Below are positions 50,001-62,000 of a stretch of 64,000 bases of DNA, one piece after another. Within the stretch, counting starts at the first letter, position 1. The number at the start of each line of letters is the position of its first letter. Location: NCBI RefSeq assembly GCF_018977255.1, contig NW_024704742.1, positions 101,744,001-101,808,000 on the forward strand, given 5' to 3'. This DNA is from Callorhinchus milii (taxonomy: Eukaryota). A model generated the notes under the pieces. The model was not told the origin of the DNA, made no database searches, and saw only the letters and a program-made list of their open reading frames with translations. Made by a program: the position numbers and the translations under genes.

Positions 50001-53000
50001 CTACCGGTCTGTGTACTGCCTAGCCAAGGCATGTTTATGGGGGTACCAGGAACACTGGGAGTGTAAGGCGTGCTGCCCTGGATATCACTCAAATCATCTC
50101 GAGTATGAACCAGCAGGAAATCATCCAACCTTTGAGTAAGCAGGAAAGGATTTTTTTGTTTAAAATGAATATCTGTGTAATTTTTACAACTTTTCATAAT
50201 TAGGGATAAACATTTTCCCACTGGATAGAAATCTTGCAGTGTTTTCTCATGTCGTACATAGTCAGTTATGATTGAGCCTTTGCAGTCTAAGCCAGAACAC
50301 TCACGATTCGTGCATCATGTGGACCACTTCCTCTCAGTATTGACTTGCTCTGATATCAATCCTCTCTCTGGTCCATTACCAGAAGCTCCATCAACTTTCC
50401 AATACACCAATATTGTTCCTTTCCATCAGACCAAATTAATCATCTTTTTCTCACTCAGACAGCAGGGAATTAACTTGTTCTGATATACGTACTTTGATTC
50501 TTGATCCAAGTCGTCTTCCACCCATGTGTAGATCTGGGTAGCCAGGATTGCAGATATATCAAGCTCCTGGATATCATGACTAGTGGCTACTGCTATGCAA
50601 TTCCGATTAGCCTAAAACAAACAGGACAGAATCGGTTAATCGTATTAGAACTCTGAGAATAGAAATAGATGACAATTTTTTAGCTTGCAGCAAAATAAAT
50701 TGAGTTAAATTCACAGCAAAATAAGCATTTTAGGTATCATAAATATTATATCTTTATTTTTATGGTAAATGCTCATGTATATTTTACAGCAATCATTGGA
50801 CAGACTATAATGTTTTGACATATTTATTTATCAAACTATATATTCACTTACTTTATTAATGGCAAATGCTGTAATTATGTCAGATTCCTTATGTACAATC
50901 CTTGTCCTCCCACCAGGGTAAGCAGAATCAGTTTCCATCTGCAGAAAACAGTGGAGAAAATAAATTAATTGGAATAACATTTGTTTCCCTACAGTGTCAT
51001 GCTGTAGTCAAACATTAAAACTACACAACATATGATCTCAAAGATAATTGCTTAAAAAAAATCTACAGCAGCTTTTCATCTGCCTGCATAATGAGGATAT
51101 AAATTTGCAATTTCCTGATTTTAAAAACGTTGTGTAGTTTTGATGTGAATACATTACAAATGTACAATACAGCGTAAAATTGATACCCAGCTCAATTTTA
51201 CTTAGGAGCAATGCTATTTTTCACCCCATTTTTTTCAGTTCATTTCTGTGCAGCACCAAGTTTTTTCTTTAAAACTTTGCCTTAGTAGTGATAAAGCCAT
51301 ACTTTTGCCTCAATTGTCCAGCACCGTCATCTATAGTTTAATAAACTTGGCAGCTCTCCCAATTGGACAATATGATATGATACTGTCATTGAAATTACCC
51401 AATAAAATTTAAGCACCGTGTGCAAAATATATCCACATTACCAGAAAAAGGCAATGAACTATTTTCTGAATTAGAGGTGGCAGAAATTGAATTTGACTTC
51501 CCCCATATTCTTCTTAGCTAAATGATGCCTTTTTGTAAAACGTGAAGATCAAAACTGAATCTTTCTAAACATTGGACAACACATGTCATCTTTATAGTCT
51601 TTAGTACAATGTATCAGTTTATGACACAAAAGTTTTATGTTTGAATTATGGATTTCTCAGAATACCACCAGTCCAAATTGTGGCAATCCTGGATGGAAAA
51701 TAGCAATTTTACACCATGGCAGGAATTCAAGAGCACTTGTGTCAAGATAAGTGCTTACACCAGAGAAGAGAAAATGAAGCCCACCATTTCTCCAATTTAC
51801 ACTCAGTGAACACTTCTCTAGGACACCAAGTAAGAACATTTACATTCTCAAATACACAATGGTGAAGTGGGACTCTGGCAGTTTGTGTATTTAATTTACT
51901 GTGTGGTCTCTCCAGGTACTTAAGCTTGGATCATTGAGATTTTAAATTTATGACTTTTTAAGAACATAAACAATTTATAGATCAATCGGATCAGACGGTA
52001 TTTGCCCAGCTGCTGACGTTGTTCTACGACAGAACTGCACTTCCTGTGGAGATCACTATATTCAGTGCCAGAGCAAGCGTATGAACACAAGTTGTACCTT
52101 ATTGGTGTTAGGTTGCTCCGTCATAGTATTTCTGACTGTTTCACTGGAGGTCTCTACTGACTACATCACACAGAACAACCACAAGACAAATGATTTAAAA
52201 AGAAAATGAATTAAGCATGAAAGAGAAAACATTTTCTTGGTTAAAGATTGATTGCTGTATATCAAACAGGAAGCTAAAATGATTAATGGTCCGGTAATAG
52301 ATGCTAAGTACAGGCATCAACACTCTTCTCATTTTTGAAAATCCCATGGGGTACTTATTATACTTTTAATTCACATAAAGTAATCTACCAGATAAAGTCA
52401 GCTTTTTTAATATTGGATACATGTGTAGAATTCTGTAGCTTGAATTTTGCTTGGAAGGTTTGCAACTAATCAAAAACATTTTTAGGGTTCCCTAACCTTA
52501 TCAATTCACATTATAAATTTGCCATTTAGTAATAACCAGACGAACGAGAATATTTGTATGTAATGACTATTTTAAAGTTGCAAGAATGTATTGTAATCAA
52601 AGGTGTTCATAATCTGCAAAGCAAAGCTCACTGGCTCCAAAGACATTTGAACACAAGGTTTTGATTCATTTTCTCAAAGGTTACTATATCTCATTTTATA
52701 TATAAAAAAGTAAGTATTGCAACTTTAAAAGAAAGTGTAAGAAACAATTCTGTGTCATGGTTTTGATGTGCACAGCAGAGTATGAACTTCCCTTTCAATG
52801 CTACGATTACAACGCTCCCAAAAATACTTTGTTTTGATTAGAGAAATTATTTATACAGTACAAATCATACTTCGGACTCATTCAATAAGTACATTTTCCC
52901 TCTAATTTCCTGATTCTTCAGTTTTTCAACTTGTGCAATAGTTAGAACGTTTTCCAAATGGTAATCCTGAAACGTCCAGAAGGCTGAAGCTTCAGCATTT

Positions 53001-56000
53001 CAAACACAAGCTCATTATCTCCTTTTGCATTTTCCTTATAATAAATGGCTCCATATAACAAACTGCATTGATGCTGAAAACATGAATGCGTAATTTAACA
53101 TGAGCGTGATTTATTCAACCACGAGTAACATTGAGGACCTAGATGAGAACTAAAACTATGATGAATGATTAGTAGATGGCAGAAATAAATTGAGTTTGAA
53201 ACAGCACAGAACTTGTATTTACTGCAGCAATACAGACCTCATTTGGACCTCTTTTCTTTGTGAAAATGTTTCTAATGAAGGTGTCTTGAACTTCCTCCTG
53301 TTTCAAGAGGTATTGCCAAAGTCTCTTTACAGGAAGTGCAGAATGGTGCTTTGACCTACATAAGGAAAGTATTCACAGATATTTACCTAAGTATTAATGT
53401 TTCAGCAGATTTTTTTTAAGTGATTCTAGAACACAAATTCAAATGTATGCTTCTACCCCCTTTATCAGAATTACCTTGGATTTAATATATTTTATATACC
53501 AACTATATAATTTTCCAGCGACTTGGGACATCCTCCCGACGTGAAAGGCGCTATACAAATGTAATCTTGTTGTTGTTATAAATCGGTAAAATGTACATTC
53601 AAATAATAATGATAATAATCCTTGGTTTTGATATAGTGCCTTATCAAGTCGTTGAGACTCAAAAGCGCTTCAAAGAATATCATAGAATTATACAGCACAG
53701 AAGGAGGCCATTCGGCCCATCATGTCTGAGCTGGCTCTTTGAAAAGAGCTTTCCAATTCAATCCCACTCCCCCGCTCTCTCCCATAGCCCTGCAAACTTG
53801 TCCTCCCCAAATAATTATCTGTTTCTCTCTTAAAAGTTGTTATTGAATCGGCTTCCACCACCCTTTCAGGCATGCATCCAAACACATCACTGTGTGAAAA
53901 AATTTCTCCTCACCTCCCCTCTGTTTCTTGCAGCAACTATTTTAAATCGGTGTCCTCGGGTTACCAGCCAGCGGAAATAGTTTCTCTGTGTTCACCCTCG
54001 AATCCCCTCACTTCTATTAAATCTCCTCTAAACCTTCTCTGCTCCAAGAAGAAGAATCCTAGGTTCTCTAGCCTCTCCTGATAAATGAATTATCAGGTAC
54101 CCTCATTCCTGGAATGATCCTGGTAAATCTCCTTTGCATCCTCTCCAATGCCTCGACATCCTTCCTAAAGTGTGGTGCCAGAACTGAACACAGTTCTATC
54201 AGAGGCCTAACTAGTGTTTTATAAAAGTTTATCATAATTTCCTGACTTTTGTATTCTATCCCCCTATTTATAAAGCCTAGTAACCTGCATGCTTGTTGTT
54301 TAAAAAAACAGCTTTATCTACCTGTTCTGCCACCTTCAAAGATTTATTTACATGAACACCCAGGTCTCTCTGTTCCATCACCCCCTTTAAGATTGTATCA
54401 TCAGCTTATATTGCCTCTCCTCATTCTTCCTTCCAAAATGCATTACTTCGCATTTCTACACATTAAACTTCATCTGCCACATGTCTGCCCATTTTACCAG
54501 CCTGTCTGTCCATTTGCAGTCTGCTACTATCCTTCTCACTGTTTACTACTTTTCCTATCTTAATAATAATAATCCTTGCATTTGATATAGCGCTTTTCAC
54601 GTCGGGAGGACGTCCCAAAGCGCTTCACAGAACATACTGTAAAGTGAATTGACTGTATATTTGTGGGCGAACGCGGCAGCCAATTGCGCACAGCAATGTC
54701 CCACAAACAGTCATGGATTAAAAATGACCAATTTAATTATTGTTTTTGGTTTTTTGAGGGATTATTATTAGGCGTGTGGAGTAAGGAAACTTGCCCAAGG
54801 TTTCGCCCTCTGCCTGGAATTGAACTCAGGTCTCTCACGTGCAAAGCGAGTGCTCTAACCACTGAGCTACAGGACTCCACAAATATCATCTACAAACTTG
54901 GAAATTGTATTCCCTATATCCAAATCCAGGTCATTTATATAGATCAAAAACAGCAGTGGTCCCAATACTGACCCCTGGGGGACACCACTGCACACTTCCT
55001 TCCAGTTAGAAAAACAACCAATTACCACCACTCTCTATTTTCTGTCTCCCAGCCAGTTCTGTATCCATGCTGCCGCTGTCCCTTTAATACCGTAGGCTTC
55101 TAATTTGCTTACAAGTCACTTTATCAAACGCCTTTTGAAAACCCATATAAACTACATCAACTGCATTTCCTTCACCCACCCTCTCCGTTACTGCATCAAA
55201 AAACCATCAGGTTTATTAGACATGAGTTGCCTTTAACAAATCCATGTTGGCTGCCCTTTATTAATCCATATTTTTCTAAGTGAAAATTTATTTTGTCCCG
55301 GATTATAGTCTCTAGAGGTTTCCCCACTACTAAACTTAGACTGACTGGCCTGTAGTTCCCAGGTTTATCCTTCTGCCCCTTTTTGTACAGGGAAGTAACA
55401 TTTGCAACCCTTCAGTCTTCTGGCACCACCCCGATGTCCAAGGAGGACTGAAAGATTGTGGCCAGAACTTCCGTTATTTCCACCTTTACTTCCCTCAGTA
55501 ACCTAGGATGCATCCCGTCTAGACCGGGTGACTTATCTGCCTTGAGCACTGATAACATTTTTAGTACCTCCTCTCGGTTTATTCTTACCTTATCCATTTC
55601 TCTTCCCTCTTCTCCGATATTGTGGTATTGGCTGCATCCTCTTCGTTTGTGAAGACAGATGCAAAGTACTCATTCAGTACGTCAGCCATGCCCTCTGCCT
55701 CCACAAGAAGATTTCCTCTTTGGTCTCTAATTGGACCCACCCTACGTTTGACTAACTTTTTATTTTTTATATGCTTTTATGCTTCCCTCCCCTCCCCCTC
55801 GCTCGCCTCCACTGGCTCCCCATCCCCCAGAGGATCGAATTCAAGATCCTCATCCTCACCTACAAGGCCATTCACGGCCTTGCTCCCTCCTACCTCTCCG
55901 ACCTACTATCCCCCTACCTACCTGCCCGTACCCTCCGTTCCTCTGGCTCCGGTCTGCTCCACATCCCCCGCCCCAACTGCCCTTCCATTGGTGGCCGGGC

Positions 56001-59000
56001 CTTCAGCCTCTCAGCCCCCAGGCTCTGGAACTCTATCCCCCAGTGCCTTCGCCGCCTCCTTCCTTTCCTCCTTCAAGGCCGGTCTCAAGACCTTTCTCTT
56101 TGACCGTGCCTTCAGCTCCCTTCTCGACTCTCTACCCCCTCCTCGCTCTCTCCCTTCCCTCCCCTCACCCTGACCATTTCCCCCCTGCTCGGGTCCTGAC
56201 CCCACTGTACAGCGCCTTGGGACATCCTCCCGACGTGAAAGGCGCTTAATAAATGGAATCTTGTTGTTGTTGTTGTTGTTGTTATAAAATATCTTAGGGC
56301 TCCCTTTTATGTTACCTGCTAATCTTTTCTCATACAATCTCTTTGGCCCACTTATTACCTTTTTCAGTTCTCCTCTGTACTTCCTACAGTGGTAGCTCAG
56401 TGGTTAGAGCACTTGCCTTACAAGAGAGACACCTGGGTTCAATTCCAAGCAGGGCGAAACCTTGGGCAAGTTTCCTTACTCCACACGTCTAATAATAATC
56501 CCTCCAAAACAAAATAATAAAACATCCTGGAGTTCCAACATGGCAAACATTGTGTATGCAACAGGTCTCAGTTGCCCTGCCATATTTCCAGACATGTTTT
56601 ATTTTATTTTAATATAACTATTATATATTTTATAATTATATACCTCTTTCCCCCTCTGCACAGAATTCCCACTCTCACCAAATTCCTTAACAAAGTTCTC
56701 ACTCTGTTGCACTTCATGCTGCTAGGCTCTCTGCTTAAGCATACTGTAAAGTGTATTGACTTGTTTATTTTGTGGGGGGAACACAGCAGTCAATTGCGCA
56801 CAGCAGTTTTCCACAAACAGTCATGGATTGAGTGACCACCCTTTTTTAAGGAATTATAACCCCAGAAAGCGATCTAATATACAATAAAGAATATGATTTG
56901 GACTTGAAATGCATGCTTACTTGAAGGGTGTATTTGAGGGCTCCAGCAGCATTTTATGGAGTAGAATAGCAGGTCCAGCAGACACTGTGCCATGCAGGGT
57001 GATGAAGTCTGGAGGAGGGCCACCAAACAATTCAAGCCGCCGAAGCAACACTTGCTCCCAACGCTGAAGAGTCTTCAAAATAATGTGGCAAATTGGGGAG
57101 CAAACAGGAAGCTCTAAATGTGAATCATAAAAAAAGATTATTAGAACATCCCCAATTGAATGTGGAAAAGTTAGTAGAGGTAAAGTTGTTTAACTGAATC
57201 AACACAGAGTCTGCCAGACCCCAGCACAACTTTCAACACTTCGAATTCACCCACTCCATCAGACTGAAATTTAATTGTACAAATATTTGTGCATTATTCA
57301 GATTACAACCCATTATGTTGTGAATTCACAATATGAGGCTAGATTATGGAATTTGCTCTCTTCTGTCATTCAACAATAACAACAATAACTTGGATTTATA
57401 TAGAGCCCTCCACACTGGACGGTGTCTCAGAGCGCTGTACAGTAATGGATCCTGGGGCCGAGCCAGGGGGAGGGGGAGGAAGGTGACCAAAGGCGCGGTC
57501 GAAAAGAAAGGTCTTCAGCAGAGACCTAAAATGGGAAGGGAGGGAGCGAGGCAAAGGGGGTGAGGAAAGCAGTTCCAGAGCCTCGGGGCATAGTGGCTGA
57601 AGGCACGGCCGCCGAGGGTGGAGCGGAGGACTCGGGGGACGAGGAGAAGGCCAGACCCGGAGGAGCGAAGGCAGTGGGTACTGTTTTGAGGAGAGAGGAG
57701 GTCAGAGAGGTAGAGGGGTGCAGAGGAGTGGAGGGATTTGAATACAAGGGTGAGGATCTTGAAATCGATCCTCTCTGGGACAGGCAGCCAGTGCAGTCTG
57801 GCAAGGACTGGGGTGATTGGGGAGCGAAGTTTCGTGCGGGTGAGAATGCGGGCGGCAGAGTTTTGAATGATTTGGATTTTATGAATGGCAGTGGATGGGA
57901 GACTGGTGAGGAGGGCGTCAGAGTAGTCCAGCCGAGAGGTGACAAAAGCATGGACCAGGGTTTCAGCGGCTTTTGGGGAGAGGTATTGGCGTAGACGGAT
58001 GATGCGTCGGAGGTGGAAGAAACCAGTGCTGGTGAGGGACCGGATGTGGGGGAGGAAGGACATTCGTCACTACCTTCAGAAGAGGATGGCTGAAGAGAAA
58101 GATTCGATTTCCTATTGTGCATCAACATATACAAATGCAGACTCTTACCTGAAAGCTCCAGCCCTGCCATTGGGTAAAAGTTTTTGATATTGCGTAACAC
58201 CAATTGCACCATAGCAAATCGCATCAGTGACCAGCTGAACATAACAAGAAATGAGTTAAAAAGAGTTAACCTTCCAAAGAAAATCACAACTAAAACAGAT
58301 TTTTTTGTTACTTAGGATATAATTCGATTGAAAAGACAGCTTGTAACAGTATTGAAACATGCTTAAAATAGAAAGGCATATCTGTGCTGAGTATCTCAGA
58401 CACGTTTGCAAGGGACGTCTAAATTGGTCCCTGCCTGCCCAGGGTTGTGGGGGGGGGGGGAATACCAATCATCGTTCTGGATTCTTGTCTCCTTTTAGCA
58501 CCGTTTCGCCCACAAAATATACAGTCAATTCACTTTACAATATATTCTGTGAAGCGCTTTGAGATGTCTCAAAGATGTGATATATCAAATGCAAGGATGA
58601 TTATTATAATTATTACTGGTTATGGAATGGTTAGACTTGACTGGTGCCCTCTACAGTTGAGTGGCCTGCTGACCCTGACCGTCAAGGCTCACATCTGAGC
58701 AAAGGCCACTTGGCTGGGTTAGGGTTAACCCTAAATGGAACTGCATCTCAGCATGAGGAAGCTGATAACCAGAGCAGAGAGGCAAATGCTAAATTTTAAC
58801 CACTTCTATCCAGTCATTCATTGGTCTCCAAGTTTCCAGAAAAAAAACTGAGTGTGATCAATATTTTGTAACAGCTCTGACCATAAATACTGAAATTAAT
58901 CCAATGGTTCATCTTTGCACTCTCAATTGAGCATCTTTTTTTGAAATAAGGAGTCTCAAATTCCATGCAGTACTCAGATGTGGTTTAATTATAGTCAGAT

Positions 59001-62000
59001 ACAATTTTCAAATTGTTTCTCAATACACATTACCCTCCTAAGCTATACAGTCCACCTATTTTTTGTTTGCTTCCTCAACTAACTGGGTACACTGCGCTAA
59101 TTTTAGTATCCACCTACCAAAACTCCAATGCCATTTTTTTCCTGTTCTAATACCTGAATTAAATTTAAATTCATCCTATAAACCACCATTTCACTTGTCA
59201 AATCTTATAACTTTACATTTCCCATTCAAGTACCCAGGCTCTCCAGATCACTGAAGTTTTGCAACTGTTTGCCATTACTTTCCACTCATTCCAATTTGGT
59301 CTCACCTGCAATTTTACACCTGTGACAGAACAATAATCGCCAATTCATTTATAAAATTATCTTTCCATGTACACCACTATGTGTTGTTTCCACAAAATAG
59401 TTAATTGCCTTGAATACATTCCCATCTATTCCATGTGCCTGAACAGTAACTAGTAACTGATTAAGTGGAACAGCATCAATTTCTAAAATCCAAATAAAGA
59501 TGGGAAAATATTTTCGATTATATCAAAGTCATTACTGTGATGAGTACCTGAAAGAATTAGGATTGGAGTGTTCCTGTAGTTGTGTGTCTGTAGCAAAAGC
59601 ATCTTCTTCCTCTTCATCACTGTCTTGGCTATCTTCTGAGTCATACTCTATTATGCTTTGTAATGGGTGAACAAAGGGCTAGAAAAACAAAGTTAACCTG
59701 GTATAACAACTACAACAACTTGCATTTATATAGCACCCTTCATGTGAGGTAATGTCCTGGAGCGCTTGGAAATAATACTCTACAACTATTGAACAGGAAT
59801 TTATTCTGAACGGAAATCAGAAGTACTGAAATATCTGGCTATTTTTACCTTATCTTCCTGGGTTTTCAGAAAATATTACATTTGGTAAAAAAAAACAATC
59901 AAAACTGATTTTTTTTTGTTACTACAAACCCTGCTTACTGATGGTAAAGCAAGTTAATGGATCAGTTAAATTATAAAATGAATGAGCGCACAAATTAAAT
60001 ACATGATCCTTCAGCAGTCATCCTCTGAAAAACATTTTGAATATAAAAGGCAGGAGAATTCTGAAATTTGGATGAGTGCTGTATTTATAAAATCTAAAAA
60101 CTATCTCAATGTGAAATCAGAAATGTCAATTTCTGCATACAAAGTCAAAATTAAACAAGAGACAAAATATAAACATAAACATATTAACATATCCGATATC
60201 AATCTGTATTTGGTCAACACACACACAACTAAATTTCAGTATGGGTGGAATTACAAAATATCAAGGGGCAGAAAACACTAGTGGAAGTAGTTTATAGATC
60301 CCCGAACAGCAGTCACAATACTGCGCAAAGTATTAACCAGGAAATTAGAGGAGCATGTAGCAAAGGAAATACACTAATAGTGGAAGATTTTAATCTTCAT
60401 ATAGATTAGGAAAACCAAATTGGCAAAAGTAAGTTAGAGGAGTGTTTATAGAATGCATTAGAGATAGGTTTCTAGATCAATATGCTGAGGAACCAACCAG
60501 GGAACAGGCGATCCTGGATCTTGTTTTGAGTAATGAAATAGGGTTAATCAGCAATCAGGAAGTTAAGGCTCCTCTAGGGCAGAGTGACCATAACATGATG
60601 GAATTTAGCATTTTAAGTTAGAGAGTGATGTAGTTAAGTCTGAAGCAAGGGTCTTAAATTTAAATAGAGCCAACTTTATAGGTATCAGAGAGGAATTAGC
60701 TAAAATAGATTGGGGAATTAGATTAAAGGATATGACAATAGACCAGCAATGGCAAACCTTTAAAGATATAGTACATCATTCCCAGCGATCTCATATTCCT
60801 TTGAGGAATAAATATACCATAGGAAAAGTGGTTCAACCATGGCTAACTAGAGCAGTTAGGGCAAGTATAAAATTAAAAGAAGAGACCTATAATACTGCCA
60901 AAGAGAGCAATAAACCCAAGGTTTGGGAGGGCTTCAGAGACCAACAAAGAAAAACTAAGAAACTGATTAGGAGGGAGAAAATGGATTATGAGGGCACACT
61001 AGCTAGGAGGTAAAGACAGACTGCAAGAGTTTTTACAAATACATAAAGAGGAAGAGACTATCAAAGTGAATGTGGGTCCATTACGGGCAGAGACAGGAGG
61101 AATTATAATGGGGGATAAAGATATGGCAGAGTCATTAAACAAATACTTTGCTTCTGTCTTCACGTTAGAAGACACGGAAAACTTACCAAAAATAGAATCA
61201 AGAAGCTAATGTTAGTGAGCAACTTAGGGAAATTAAGATCAGTAAAGAATTAGTACTGGAGAAACTGTTGGAATCGAAATTGACAAATGCCCCGGACCTG
61301 AGGGCCTGCACCCTAGGGTTTTAAAAGAGGTGGATGCTGAGATAGTGGATGCCTTGTTTTTGATATTCCCAGTGATTGGAAGATCGCAAACATAACACCA
61401 CTATTTAAGGAGGATGGGAGAGAGAAGATAGGGAACTATAGACCAGTCAATCTGATATCGGTGATAGGGAACATTCTAGAATCCTTATTTAGGGACGCTA
61501 TAGTGGGGTACTTAGAAGACCATAACATGATTAGACAGAGTCAACATGGCTTTACAAAAGGGAAGTCATGCTTAACAAATCTTTTAGAGTTTTTTGAGGA
61601 TGTAATTAGCAGGTTAGATAGGAGAGAACCAGTAGATGTGATGTATTTAGATTTTCAGAAGACATTCGACAAGGTGCCACATAAAAGGCTGCTACACAAG
61701 TTTAGGGCCCATGGAATTAAAGGCAATATATTAGCATGGATCGAAGAGTGGCTAACGGGAAGAAAAGAGAGTAGGGATAAACGGGTCCTTCTCAGATTGG
61801 CGGGATGTGACTAGTGCCACAAGGATCAGCGCTTGGGCCTCAACTATTTCGCTTTGGGATGTCCTCCCGATGTGAAAGGCGCTCTATAAATGTCATTTTG
61901 TTGTTGCTGTATTTACAATTTATATCAATGATCTACACGAGGACATAGAACTTAAAATATCTAAATTTGCAGATGATACTAAGCTAGGTGGGAGAGTAAG

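Larger units (their letters stand above)
53680..56385 (-). mobile_element. CR1 LINE with nested SINE (54561-54880) and L2 (55790-56284)
   Basis: [15 protein letters not shown], reverse gtgtcccccaggggtcagtattgggacc ([10 protein letters not shown]); CR1 tail at about 53680-53720. Confidence 0.9.

Noticed and set aside
57526..58287. 253-aa ORF joining a DMXL1 exon to L2 sequence
   Set aside because: Read-through past a consensus donor (G|gtaaga) into an off-frame L2; no evidence for a chimeric protein.
1071..58614. Recurrent hairpin repeats as a CRISPR-like or other prokaryotic system
   Set aside because: The copies are dispersed in both orientations with no spacer periodicity and no cas genes; the DNA is intron-containing vertebrate sequence.
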